Shown: piece by piece, positions 32,574 through 42,538 of the stretch | Layout of the letters: every line of letters starts with the position of its first letter | How positions within the stretch are numbered: position 1 is the first letter of the stretch | Origin: an uncultured Armatimonadetes bacterium | GTDB taxonomy: Bacteria; Armatimonadota; Hebobacteria; Hebobacterales; Hebobacteraceae | NCBI GenBank assembly: GCA_963716175.1 | Contig: OY970296.1 | Span: 2,432,001-2,496,000, forward strand | Direction: 5' to 3' | Length of the DNA stretch: 64,000 bases | Made by a program: the position numbers and the translations under genes | The notes under the pieces: generated by a model | Told to the model about the DNA's origin: nothing | Databases searched by the model: none | Seen by the model: the letters and a program-made list of their open reading frames with translations, nothing else

Positions 32574-33815
32574 ATGAGCGCGCTGGCCGCCCTGGGTGGC
32601 GCCCCGGTTCGGACCAGGCCCTGGCCATCGTGGCCCGACGGCCGCGACGAGGACGTGGCGGCGGTCGCAGAGGTGGTGCGCTCCGGTAACTGGTGGTCCT
32701 ATGCGGGCGACCACACCAGGCGCTTCGAGGAGGAGTTCGCCAGCTATCACCAGGCTCGATACGGCATCACGGTCAACAGTGGCACCACTGCTCTTGCCGT
32801 CGCCCTGGAGGCACTGGAGGTAGGGCCGGGAGATGAGGTCATCGTCCCGGCCTATACCTTTCAGGCCACGGCCACCAGCGTGTTCCTCGCCAACGCGGTC
32901 CCGATCTTCGCCGATGTTGAGCCCGGGACCATGAACCTGGACCCGGTGTCAGTCGCATCGGCGATCACGCCTCGCACGCGGGCGATCATACCCGTGCACA
33001 TCGCCGGCCTGCCGGCCGATATGGCGCGGCTGCAGGAGCTGGCCCGGGACCGCGGTTTGCTCGTCCTGGAGGATGCCGCCCAGGCTCATGGTGCCGTCTG
33101 GCAGGGCAGGAAGGTCGGCGCCATCGGCCACGCCGGGGCCTTCAGCTTCCAGGCCAGCAAGAACCTCCCGGCAGGAGAGGGCGGCATCATCCTGACCGAC
33201 GATGAAGAGATCGCGGCTCGCGCCGCCAGCCTGCGAGACTGCGGCCGCGTCGAGGGCAGGCCCTTCTACGAGCATCACCTGCTCGGCTACAATTTCCGGA
33301 TCACGGAAATGCAGACCGCGCTGCTCCGCTCCCGGCTGCGCCACCTTGAAGTGGAGACCGATCTGCGGTGGCGCAACGGCCGGCGCCTCACTGGGAAGCT
33401 GGCCGCCCTGCCCGGAATCGAGCCGCTGGATCCGGCACCCGGCCCAGGCGACCGGCGCGCCTACCACCTCTATCCGGTGCGGCTGCATTCCGGGAAGCTT
33501 GGTGGCATCAGCAGAGAGCGGTTCATGGAGGCGCTCCAGGCCGAGGGCATTCCCTGTTCGGCTGGTTACGGCCACCCGCTCTACCAGAACCCGCTTTTCC
33601 TGGAGCAGAGCTTCAGAGGGCGCGGCTGCCCTACCAGCTGCCACCACTATGCCGGCGCGGTGGACTACCGCTCGGCCTCCTGCCCGGCGACGGAGGCGCT
33701 CTGCCAGGAGGTCATCTGGCTCTTTCATAACCTGCTGCTGGGCTCGGATGCGGATGTGGATGACATCGCGCGCGCCTTCGAGAAAGTGGCCACCGGACAT
33801 CGCGAGCTGGTGTAG
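32574..33815 (+). CDS. DegT/DnrJ/EryC1/StrS PLP-dependent sugar aminotransferase
   Basis: NSGTTAL, GDEVIVPAYTF, EDAAQAHG, FSFQASKNL..GEGG. Confidence 0.93.
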   Translation: MSALAALGGAPVRTRPWPSWPDGRDEDVAAVAEVVRSGNWWSYAGDHTRRFEEEFASYHQARYGITVNSGTTALAVALEALEVGPGDEVIVPAYTFQATATSVFLANAVPIFADVEPGTMNLDPVSVASAITPRTRAIIPVHIAGLPADMARLQELARDRGLLVLEDAAQAHGAVWQGRKVGAIGHAGAFSFQASKNLPAGEGGIILTDDEEIAARAASLRDCGRVEGRPFYEHHLLGYNFRITEMQTALLRSRLRHLEVETDLRWRNGRRLTGKLAALPGIEPLDPAPGPGDRRAYHLYPVRLHSGKLGGISRERFMEALQAEGIPCSAGYGHPLYQNPLFLEQSFRGRGCPTSCHHYAGAVDYRSASCPATEALCQEVIWLFHNLLLGSDADVDDIARAFEKVATGHRELV

Positions 33816-33852
33816 CGCGGGCATCCAGCGGAATGGCTGACGAGGGGACACT

Positions 33853-34719
33853 ATGGCACAGGCAAAGGCCTTGCGGCCCATGGGTCTGCTGGAGATCGTG
33901 GACCAGACCTTTCGCCTCTATCGCAGCAACTTCTGGCTGTTCTTTGGCATCGCCGCCATCGCCTACCTTCCCTTCGTTGCCCTCCTGGCGCTATTGGTGA
34001 TCGTTGACGCCGCGCCGAGCAGCGCGCTGGCGGGAACTGCCATCATCCTACTTCTCCCGTTGCTACTCGCGGTCGTGGCACTGTGGTTGCTCATGTCAGG
34101 GGCACTTGCCAAGGCCGTCTCGGATCGCTACCTCGGATATGAAACGACCATTGCCGGCGCCTATGGTCACGTGGGGAAGCGACTCGGCCCCTTCTTCCTG
34201 ACTCTGCTGCTCACTGGCCTTTTCATCGTGAGCGGCGTCATCCTGCTCTGGGTGGGGTCCATTGTCTTCTTCTTCTGGGCCGGTTTCGTGGTCGAGGTCT
34301 TCATCATCGAGGGCAAGCGCTACTTTCGGGCCATCTGGCGCAGCCGCTTCCTGGTGGGACATGGGGTATGGGCGGAGTTGGTGGTGCTGGCGGTGATCAC
34401 GGGCCTCCTCAGTCTACCGATCCGAGCGGCCATTCTGCTGCCGGTTGCTCTGCTGGGCGCGAGCACGAGTCACGTCGGGCTAGTCTCGGTCGCGAACGCC
34501 TTTGCCAGCGCACTTGGCCTGGCCCTGGTCCTCCCCATCACAGTCGTGGCCATGATTCTCCTCTACTACGACTCGCGCATTCGCAAGGAAGGCTTCGATC
34601 TGGAGACTCTGGCGCGAGAGCTGGGCAAGGCCGCACCCGTCACTGCCTTTTCCGCCCCTGCCCCCTCGGCCGCCGCGCCGCCGGCACCGACCCAGCCCCC
34701 GGACGAGGAGCGCGTGTGA
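33853..34719 (+). CDS. Integral membrane protein of the MoxR/DUF58 cluster
   Basis: LRPM...EIVD.TF.LYR N-terminus and LLYYD.RIRKEGFDL C-terminus; multiple TMs. Confidence 0.75.
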   Translation: MAQAKALRPMGLLEIVDQTFRLYRSNFWLFFGIAAIAYLPFVALLALLVIVDAAPSSALAGTAIILLLPLLLAVVALWLLMSGALAKAVSDRYLGYETTIAGAYGHVGKRLGPFFLTLLLTGLFIVSGVILLWVGSIVFFFWAGFVVEVFIIEGKRYFRAIWRSRFLVGHGVWAELVVLAVITGLLSLPIRAAILLPVALLGASTSHVGLVSVANAFASALGLALVLPITVVAMILLYYDSRIRKEGFDLETLARELGKAAPVTAFSAPAPSAAAPPAPTQPPDEERV

Positions 34720-35711
34720 CCCGCGTTGCCGCGCTGGCCGCCGCCGTCTTCCTCGCTTGCGGGCTCGCCGCAGCCCGGCCCCTCACTGACTCCGAGTACA
34801 GTCGCGTTCTCACCCAGGTAGCAACTCGTCTGGCGCAGGCCGGTGCCGCGCGTGACGGGGCGAGCCTGGCCCGGGCGGCCCTGGACGGACTGCCCGACCG
34901 CTGCCAAGTGCAGGCCGCGCCGAACGCACCTCCCCTGGCCGTGGACAACCGCGAGGTGCTGCGGAGGCTGCGCCGCCAAGTGGCCCAGGGACCCGACGGC
35001 GTCAGATTCGCGGCCCAAGTGGTGCAGAACCTCGCGGTAAGCTGTAGGGCAGGTCCGCGACCTGCCCCGCCCACTCACGCCCACCGCGTTCTCGCCGAGG
35101 TCCTTTCCCGTCCGGAGTTCCATCCCAGCCCACTGGCCGGCCTGCAGGTCCGCTTCTTGCGATGGATCGGCCGCGCCGTTCAGTGGGTCCTCGACACCAT
35201 CGCCAGTGTTCTCGACCGCCTGACCGGGCTGGGTCCGCGGCTGCCTCGCCGCGCCCAGCGCGCGATCCTGGTCGCCCTGCTCGTGCTCTCCGCGGGGGCA
35301 ACGCTCGTGCTGATCGCGCGGTTGGCGCTGCGGATCGCCTCCAGTAGGACAGGGCCGCGACCTGCTACTGCCGCAGGGCAGGGCCGCGACCTGCCGCCTC
35401 ACCAGCACTGGCTATCCCAGGCCGAGGCAGCGACTCGCTCGCAGGACTACCGGGCAGCGGTGCGGGCCCTGCACATGGCCGCCCTCATGAGGCTGGACGA
35501 GGCGGGCCGGATCAGCTATGTCAGCTCCCAAACCGACCGGCGGTTCGTGCGTGCATTGAAGGAACACCAGCTCGATGATCTCTCAGACTCCTTGGCCGCG
35601 CTCAACCGGCTCTTCGCCGTTGTCTGGTATGGCTTCGCGCCGGCCGGCCCGGACGAGTACCGCCTTGCGCGCGAGCATTGGAGCCGACTGGAGGCACTCA
35701 GCGCGCCATGA
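34716..35711 (+). CDS. DUF4129 domain membrane protein
   Basis: GTGA overlap with upstream gene; VLSRPEF, DYRAAVR, F..VWYG motifs; contains in-frame REPs. Confidence 0.7.
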   Translation: MTRVAALAAAVFLACGLAAARPLTDSEYSRVLTQVATRLAQAGAARDGASLARAALDGLPDRCQVQAAPNAPPLAVDNREVLRRLRRQVAQGPDGVRFAAQVVQNLAVSCRAGPRPAPPTHAHRVLAEVLSRPEFHPSPLAGLQVRFLRWIGRAVQWVLDTIASVLDRLTGLGPRLPRRAQRAILVALLVLSAGATLVLIARLALRIASSRTGPRPATAAGQGRDLPPHQHWLSQAEAATRSQDYRAAVRALHMAALMRLDEAGRISYVSSQTDRRFVRALKEHQLDDLSDSLAALNRLFAVVWYGFAPAGPDEYRLAREHWSRLEALSAP

Positions 35712-36931
35712 AGCTGCCCCGCGAAGCCTGGTGGGTGGCCGGCCTGATGGTGCTCACCTTCCTGCTGCTTCTCCTGCTGACCGGGGGAGAAGCGGAGCGC
35801 GGCAGGCCGGCCGGGCCGCCTGTCCGCACCAGCTACAGCTCCGAGCCGGGCGGGCTGCGCGCCCTCTATCTCGCGCTCGATTGGCTCGGCTACGATGCCC
35901 GCCGGCTGGGCACGCCGTTCCTGCCGGGCGCTCTGCCCGAGCGGGGAACACTGCTCGTGGTCGAGCCCATGACGCTGGCAAACTCCGAGTGGCGTGCGCT
36001 CCGCAACTGGGTGGCCGAGGGCCATGCCCTGCTCGTGGCGGGCGAAGATTCCCTCCCCAACAGCGAGACCGTATTCCCGATCCCGCAGCCCGATTTCGAG
36101 ACTCTCTTCCCGGAGGTGGCCCTCACCTACGCGAGACCGGATCAGCCGACCTATCTCGCGCTCGGACTGGCGCGGCTTGCGGTCCGCTCGAGAACGCGGA
36201 TCACTCCCCCAGCAGTAGTAGGCCGGGTCCGCGACCTGCCCACCCTTGCCGTGCCCAAGCCGGCCCGCGGCATGGCGGGCGACCTGGGCTCTGCCGCCCC
36301 GCTGTTTCGCGATGAGAAAGGCACGGTGGTTGCCTACGCGGAGATTGGAAAGGGAAGCGTGATCCTGCTGACCAGCCCCTGGAGCCTGTCGAATCAGGGC
36401 ATCGAGAAGGAGGGCAACTTCACGTTCGTGTTGAACGCGCTGGAGCACGGGCCGGTCTACTTCGACGAGTACCACCACGGCTACGGTGAGAATCTGCTTT
36501 GGCGCCTGCTGCCGCTTCCGCTGAAGCTGGCTGCCGCGCAGGCGCTGTTGGGGCTGCTGGTGGTGATGTACGCGCGAAGCCGCCGCTTTGGGCCGATCAT
36601 TCCGCTGGACGAGGGAAGGAGGGAACGCAGCGAGTACCTCGGCACCATGACCGGCCTGCTTCAGAAGGGCCGCGCCGCTCATCTCGCATTGCAGACCGCC
36701 TATGACGCGGCGATGGCGCGTCTGCGCTTCGAGCTGGGCCTGCCGCACGACGCTGCGCCCGCCGAGGTGGCGCGGGCGGCCGGCCGTGTGGATGCAGCCG
36801 CAGGCGAGAAGCTCGCGGCGGCACTGGAGCAGTCCCACCGCGCGCTGGAGCTTGCCCGCGTGGGCGAAGCGCGAGCAATGTCCCTAGTCCGGCAGCTCGA
36901 TGAGGCCGTGCAATCAGTGCGCCAGCTCTAA
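35708..36931 (+). CDS. DUF4350 domain protein
   Basis: SYSSEPGG.RA, WVAEG, FDEYHHG, RRFGP motifs. Confidence 0.75.
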   Translation: MKLPREAWWVAGLMVLTFLLLLLLTGGEAERGRPAGPPVRTSYSSEPGGLRALYLALDWLGYDARRLGTPFLPGALPERGTLLVVEPMTLANSEWRALRNWVAEGHALLVAGEDSLPNSETVFPIPQPDFETLFPEVALTYARPDQPTYLALGLARLAVRSRTRITPPAVVGRVRDLPTLAVPKPARGMAGDLGSAAPLFRDEKGTVVAYAEIGKGSVILLTSPWSLSNQGIEKEGNFTFVLNALEHGPVYFDEYHHGYGENLLWRLLPLPLKLAAAQALLGLLVVMYARSRRFGPIIPLDEGRRERSEYLGTMTGLLQKGRAAHLALQTAYDAAMARLRFELGLPHDAAPAEVARAAGRVDAAAGEKLAAALEQSHRALELARVGEARAMSLVRQLDEAVQSVRQL

Positions 36932-37043
36932 CCCCTGTGGGGCGGGCCTTCCCGCGCCCGCCGGGCGCTGGCAGTTGCTGGTAGAAGCGGGGCAGGCCCG
37001 TGGCCTGCCCCTCGGAATGTTGCCTGAAATGAGGGAAGCGACC

Positions 37044-37991
37044 ATGACCATACAGGACTTGATGGCAGCAGTGAGGGCCGAGGTGGGCAAGGTAGTGCTC
37101 GGCCAGGAGGGGGTGGTGACGCAACTGGCGACCGCGCTGCTGGCGCGCGGCCACGTGCTGGTGGAAGGCGTCCCGGGCGTGGCCAAGACGCTCTTGGGGA
37201 GGGCCCTGGCGCGGTGCATCAGCGCCCAGTTCAAGCGGGTCCAGTGCACCCCGGATCTCATGCCGGCCGACATCACCGGCACCAATGTCTTCGACAGCCA
37301 GGCGCGCACCTTCCGGCTGATGAAGGGCCCCGTGTTCACCAATGTGCTGCTCGTGGATGAGATCAACCGCACCCCGCCCAAGACCCAGTCTGCGCTGCTG
37401 CAGGCGATGCAGGAGCGATGCGTCACCATAGATGGCGTTGACCATCCGTTGGAGGGCATCTTCTTCGTGATGGCCACCCAGAATCCCATCGAGTACGAGG
37501 GAACATATCCGCTGCCGGAGGCCCAGCTCGATCGCTTCCTGATGAAGGTAGACGTCCGCTACCCGGAGCGAGCAGCCGAGGAGAACATCCTGCGGCTGCA
37601 CCTGCAGGGGAAGGACCCCCAGGACCTGGAGGCGGCCGGCGTGCGCCCGGTGATCGGGCTCTCGGAACTCCAGGTCGCCGAGCAAGAGCTGTCGCGCCAG
37701 ATCGTGCGAGATGAGATGGTGGCCTACATCGCCGAGCTGGCAGGGCGCACCCGGGAATCGCCTCACACCTTGCTGGGCGCCAGCCCGCGGGCCGCGGTGG
37801 CCCTGCTGCGCTGCGCCCAGATCCGGGCCGCGGCCCAGGGGCGAGATTTCGTGGAGCCCGATGACGTCCAGGACATGGCCCCGCCGGTGCTGCGCCATCG
37901 CATCATCCTGAAGCCGGAGGCCGAGGTCGAAGGACTCAGCGTGGAGCGGCTGGTGGAAAGTGTCATCTCAGCAGTCCCCGTCCCTCGCTAG
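37044..37991 (+). CDS. MoxR family AAA+ ATPase
   Basis: Walker A EGVPGVAKT, TPDLMPADITG, DEINRTPPKTQSALL, ATQNPIEYEGTYPLPEAQLDRF. Confidence 0.96.
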   Translation: MTIQDLMAAVRAEVGKVVLGQEGVVTQLATALLARGHVLVEGVPGVAKTLLGRALARCISAQFKRVQCTPDLMPADITGTNVFDSQARTFRLMKGPVFTNVLLVDEINRTPPKTQSALLQAMQERCVTIDGVDHPLEGIFFVMATQNPIEYEGTYPLPEAQLDRFLMKVDVRYPERAAEENILRLHLQGKDPQDLEAAGVRPVIGLSELQVAEQELSRQIVRDEMVAYIAELAGRTRESPHTLLGASPRAAVALLRCAQIRAAAQGRDFVEPDDVQDMAPPVLRHRIILKPEAEVEGLSVERLVESVISAVPVPR

Positions 37992-39330
37992 CGAACGCGC
38001 GGCGCGCGAGCGCGTCTCTGGGTCCTGGCTGCCCAGCGCGCGGCTGGGCGCGGCAGTGGCCTTGGGGGCGCTCTGGCTTGCGCTGGGCGCGGCCTGGGCG
38101 CCGCTGATGTGGCTGGGCGCGCCGTGGTGGGCGGCATTGGTGGGTGTGGCGCTGGCCGAGGTGCGCGCCTTGCGCCAGGCGGGGCACGTGAGCGCGCAGC
38201 GGCCGCTGGAGCCGGTGCTATCGGTGGGAGCGGCGAACCCGGTCCCGACCGTGCTGAGGAACCGGGCGCGGTATTCCTATCAGTGCTTGCTGCGCGACGA
38301 GCCGCCCCTCGGTTTCGCCGTCAGCTCTCGCCGTCTGCGCTGTCTGCTGCCCGCGGCCGGAGAGGTGAGTGTGAGCTATGGCGTCACCCCGCCGCGCCGC
38401 GGCGACTTCGACTTCGGCGGCCTCAACCTGCGTCTCACCAGCGGGCTCGGGCTGATCGTGCGCCAGGTCCGATTCGACTTGGCCACTTCCGTCCGGGTCT
38501 ATCCCAACCTGGCCGGCATCCGGTCCCACGAGATGGCCGCCAGGAAGCACCGGCTGGTTGACATCGGAGTGCACCCCTCACGCCTCAGGGGCACGGGGCT
38601 GGAATTCGAATCCCTGCGCGCCTACGTGCCAGGGGATGAGCTGCGGCGCATAGACTGGAAGGCCACCGCCCGCCACGACGAGCCGATCACCCGCGAGTAT
38701 GACATCGAGCGCAGCCAGCACATCATCTTGTGTCTGGACCTGGGCCGCACCATGGCCAGCCAACTGGGGGCGCTCACCAAAGCCGATCACGCCGTCAACG
38801 CCGCGGCCTTGCTCGCCCACGTCGCGGCCCGGGTGGGAGACTGGGTGGGGCTCTACGCCTTCTCCCAGGAACCGATGATCTTCGTCCCCCCGCGCAAGCA
38901 CCAGTTCTCACTGGTGCTGGACTCTCTCTATGGCCTTCAGCCTCGGTCGGCGGAGAGCGATTACTACCGCGGCTTCCTCTACGCCGCGCAGCGCATGCGG
39001 AAGCGGGCCCTGATCGTGCTCTTCACCGACCTTCTGGACCCCGATTCCTCGGCCCGCCTGCTGACCTATGTCAGCCTGCTGACCAGACGTCACCTGGTGT
39101 TGTGCGCGGCCCTGAGCGACTACGAGCTCTACCGCCTGGTGGAGCAGTCACCGGCGCAACCCCGCGATCTCTACCAGCGCACCGTGGCCACTTCGCTGCT
39201 GGCCGACCGGCAGCGCGCCCTTTCCGCCCTGCGCCAGCGGGGCGCCATCGCGCTGGATGCAACCCCCGCGGATCTCTCCGTGGCCGTGCTCAATCGCTAC
39301 CTCGCGATCAAGGAGCGAGCGCGCCTGTAG
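37960..39330 (+). CDS. DUF58 (VWA-like) protein
   Basis: RRGDF, EFESLRAYVPGDELRRIDWKATAR, LDLGRTM, LFTDL. Confidence 0.9.
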   Translation: MSSQQSPSLASERAARERVSGSWLPSARLGAAVALGALWLALGAAWAPLMWLGAPWWAALVGVALAEVRALRQAGHVSAQRPLEPVLSVGAANPVPTVLRNRARYSYQCLLRDEPPLGFAVSSRRLRCLLPAAGEVSVSYGVTPPRRGDFDFGGLNLRLTSGLGLIVRQVRFDLATSVRVYPNLAGIRSHEMAARKHRLVDIGVHPSRLRGTGLEFESLRAYVPGDELRRIDWKATARHDEPITREYDIERSQHIILCLDLGRTMASQLGALTKADHAVNAAALLAHVAARVGDWVGLYAFSQEPMIFVPPRKHQFSLVLDSLYGLQPRSAESDYYRGFLYAAQRMRKRALIVLFTDLLDPDSSARLLTYVSLLTRRHLVLCAALSDYELYRLVEQSPAQPRDLYQRTVATSLLADRQRALSALRQRGAIALDATPADLSVAVLNRYLAIKERARL

Positions 39331-39339
39331 CGCGGGCAC

Positions 39340-40290
39340 GCGGGTCGTGATCCGCGCCTCGCGGCGCCGACCACAAACCCACACCACTGGCCTGGCCGGC
39401 CCCTTCCCAGTGGCGCGGGTTTGCCGCGAGGGCAGCGAGCGACAACCTGCGCAGCCCGCCTGAGGCGGGCTCTATCCCCCTTTCAATCTCCTCAACTCCT
39501 CCTTCCCCGGGCACCAGAACCACTCATACCCCCACCCGTCCTCAACCAGTCCCTTCCGCTGCGCATTGTCAAGGATATAGCCGGCCTTCTCATCGAACTC
39601 GGCCTGACTGCGCACCATGCGATCCATTCTCTCCGACTGCCACAATCGGCCTCGCCGCCCCCGGAGCCGGTTGATCTCCCAGGCCGTTGTCCGCTTCACA
39701 CTATGCAGCAACCCGCGCAGCGGGTACCAGACTCCCGAGGACTTCTCCAATGGCCGAGCCAGTATGTGGACATGGTCCGGCATCACGGTGAGCGCATAGA
39801 CGAACCATCTCTTGTCGTGCCAGAACAGGATGGTCCGCATGATAATATGTCGCTCCTGCGGAGCGAACGCCCGCCACACGGCCGGCGGGCAAGCGGGTTG
39901 CGGCGCAACGCCTGACGGCGGTCGCCGCAAACCCACGCCACTGGAGGCGGGATAAGTGCCGTGCAGCCGGCAGGTGATGAAGTACGTGGAGCCGCCGACC
40001 TCCCAGTGGGGGAGATGGCGCCGGTAGATGGTGAGTTCATCTGTGACTCCTGACTCGTCGCCTCGCTCGTCGGAATCGGGCATCGCTGTTCTCACTGTCG
40101 GCCTGCTGGGTTCTGGGAAAGGATCTGCTTCCATGGTGAACCCTTGCTCTCCCTCCAGAAGAACAGGACCCCTCCAACCAGTGGCGCGGGTTTGTCGCGA
40201 GGGCAGCGAGCGACAACCTGCGAAGGCGCGGGCCGGGGACGCGGGTTGCGGCGCAACGCCTGACGGCGCGGACCACAAACCCGCGTCACT
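39340..40290. mobile_element. REPtron: RAYT gene with five related GTGG-type REPs
   Basis: Consensus CCAGTGGYGYGGGTTTG-N-C(A/G)ACCYGC at 39340-39390(-), 39407-39450(+), 39893-39944(-), 40178-40221(+), 40241-40290(-); 39407 and 40178 copies differ at 1 of 44 bp. Confidence 0.85.
39472..40134 (-). CDS. REP-associated tyrosine transposase (RAYT, IS200-like Y1 HUH)
   Basis: RRHLPHW, YFITCRL, VMPDHVHIL (HUH), LWQ..MDR..R, YILDN (catalytic Tyr); start 40134 or 40083. Confidence 0.9.
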   Translation of the reverse strand: MEADPFPEPSRPTVRTAMPDSDERGDESGVTDELTIYRRHLPHWEVGGSTYFITCRLHGTYPASSGVGLRRPPSGVAPQPACPPAVWRAFAPQERHIIMRTILFWHDKRWFVYALTVMPDHVHILARPLEKSSGVWYPLRGLLHSVKRTTAWEINRLRGRRGRLWQSERMDRMVRSQAEFDEKAGYILDNAQRKGLVEDGWGYEWFWCPGKEELRRLKGG

Positions 40291-41254
40291 ATGATACTGC
40301 GCGGCCCGCGAGCAACACGTACCACCAGAACCCGAGTGCCAGCGCCAGTGCCGCCGCGAGCTTCATCGAGGGCAGTACTGGCGCGGGCGAGAACAATCCC
40401 TCCACCATACCGGCCACGGCCAGGAACACCACTACCCCCAGCATCATCACCGCCGCCTGCCGGCCTGCCAGGCGGAGCGCGTCGACCCTGGTGTGATCGC
40501 CCGGCGCGATCACCGCCAGCCCCAGCAGCAGCCCGGCAGCCGCGGAGATGATGATGGAAGGGAGTTCGATCACGCCATGGGGCGCGACGAAGGACCAGAA
40601 GTAGATCGCCGCGTCGGTCCGACTGATGCCGGCGGCCAGCGCTCCTAACATCAGGCCGTTGTAGGCCAGCACCACGACCGTCCCCAGGCAAAGCAGGATA
40701 CCGGTGGAGAAGGCGAGGAACGAGATCTGCACATTGTTGGTTATGATCAGGGAGGAGGCGACCGGACGGAAATCGGCCGGCAGCCAGTTCCTCCCGCCGC
40801 GGTGGCGCGCCGCCAGAGAGTCAATGGCAGAGGCGATCCCGGGATCGAGCAGCTCCAGGAAGTCCGGCCGCAGCAGCGTTACCAGCGCGCCGATCAGCGC
40901 CGCGCTCAGGAAGATGGCGGCGGCCAGCGCGATCAACCGGCCCTGTCGACGCAGACCCTGCGGCAGCTCCCTGCGGAAGAACCTGACCACGCCCGCCCAC
41001 CCCGCTGACTCCGACACGTAGAGCAGCCCGTAGGCCCTCCCCACCAACCAGTTGAGCTGCTCCAACTCCGCCGCGTTCAGGCCCGAGGTGCGAGCGTGCG
41101 AGAGCTCTGAGGCCATCCTCCGGTAGAGCCGACCGAACTCCAGCAGTTCCTCCTCGGTCAGAGTCCGCAGGCCGTGCACCCGAGACGCCCGCGCCACCAG
41201 CTCCTGCAGACGCGCTCTCGACGGGTGTCCCGCGGCCGCGGAAGGCTGCGCCAC
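40289..41254 (-). CDS. Stage II sporulation protein M (DUF95) family membrane protein
   Basis: LYRR.AS.LS.ART, IITNN..I, NG.MLG, PHGVIEL, AGMVEG. Confidence 0.88.
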   Translation of the reverse strand: MAQPSAAAGHPSRARLQELVARASRVHGLRTLTEEELLEFGRLYRRMASELSHARTSGLNAAELEQLNWLVGRAYGLLYVSESAGWAGVVRFFRRELPQGLRRQGRLIALAAAIFLSAALIGALVTLLRPDFLELLDPGIASAIDSLAARHRGGRNWLPADFRPVASSLIITNNVQISFLAFSTGILLCLGTVVVLAYNGLMLGALAAGISRTDAAIYFWSFVAPHGVIELPSIIISAAAGLLLGLAVIAPGDHTRVDALRLAGRQAAVMMLGVVVFLAVAGMVEGLFSPAPVLPSMKLAAALALALGFWWYVLLAGRAVS

Positions 41255-41345
41255 CGCTCTACCTTGACAAGCCTTGCTGGTTAGGAGAGGATTGCATCTT
41301 GCGCGGCCCTGCACCCGGCCGAGGGGTGATGCAACTGGTGATGCC

Positions 41346-42147
41346 ATGAGCCTCGACGAGACCAAGACCGTGATCACACCCGAGCAGGTGGCTATCACCT
41401 ACACCCTGGCCGGTCTTGGGACGCGCTTCGGCGCGATCTGCCTGGATACCTTCGTGCAACTGGCGCTGCTGGGCCTGCTCTTCTACCTCCTGGCTCAGCT
41501 CGCGCGCTTCGATCTGATCACACGCCTGGACGTCGCGGGCGCCAATGCCCCGGCCTGGCTGCTCGCGGTGCTCGTGATCGGCTTCTTCGGTCTCATCTGG
41601 GGCTACTTCATCTTCTGGGAGACGGTCTGGAGCGGCCGCACCCCTGGCAAGCGGCTTACCGGCATCCGGGTGCTGCGGAGATGGCGGCTACCCCTTAGAC
41701 TTCCGCGCCGCCTTTGTGCGCAATATCTCCCGCTACGTGGACTTCCTGCCTTTCGCCTATGGGGTGGGAGCGGTGACCATGTTCCTCAGCCGGGACTCCA
41801 AACGGCTGGGGGATTACGCGGCCGGCACCGTGGTGGTGGTGGACGCCGGGCGGCCGCCCCCGCCGCTCTCTCAGGCCGCGACGGAGCCAGAGAGCTACCG
41901 CCTGCTGGGTGACCCGTCGCTGCTGAACCTGCGTGCGCTCAGCCGAGAGCAGTTCGCAGTGGTGGAGCGCTTCCTCGCTCGCCGCAACGAGTTATCCGAG
42001 CCAGTGCGTATGAAGCTGGCCAAGGAGATCGCGGTCCCTTTGCTGGGGGTGATTGGCATGGACCCTCCGGCTGACCCCGCCTTCCCTTACGACCTCTTCC
42101 TGGCCGAGCTGGCCTCGGCCTACCGCGAGCTGATGAACCGTTTCTAG
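41346..42147 (+). CDS. RDD family protein (frameshift near 41679)
   Basis: TPEQV, LAGLGTRF.A..LD, G.TPGKR..GIRV then RNI.R..D and KRLGD..AGT; removing one A near 41679 joins the frames. Confidence 0.85.
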
Positions 42148-42180
42148 CCCTGGCCAGCTCCTCGCGTGACATCACCTCGG

Positions 42181-42425
42181 GGCTTGGGCTTCGTAGCCCG
42201 CCGAAGGCAGGCGAGGTAGGCTCCGGTAGGCTTGCCCGCCGGCCGTGTGGTGGGTTCGACATCTTCTCGCTCCTCGCCTGAGGCGGGCAAGCCTCGCCAG
42301 TCATCACGACCCAGACTTGGTGTGCGAGGGGGTCTGCTGACCGCGCCAGAGGCGGGCAGGCCGCCTTCGCCCAGTGGCTAAGCCTTCGGCCGCCATGGCG
42401 GCCCCGACTCTTCGGGGCCTAGCCA
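42181..42425. repeat. Cluster of REP-like hairpins
   Basis: 13-bp IR AGGCTTGCCCGCC 42228-42240 / 42282-42294; palindrome GGCCGCCATGGCGGCC; GGCCCCGA/TCGGGGCC hairpin; CCAGTGG at 42371. Confidence 0.65.
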
Positions 42426-42538
42426 TAGATACTTACCGGACGGAGGTTCGAAGTGTCGGAGTTACCCGCGCGAGCCGCGCCTTGGCAACAGGGCTTCCAC
42501 TGTAAGCAAACGAAGCTAGTGGCTGAGGAGGGCAGGAT

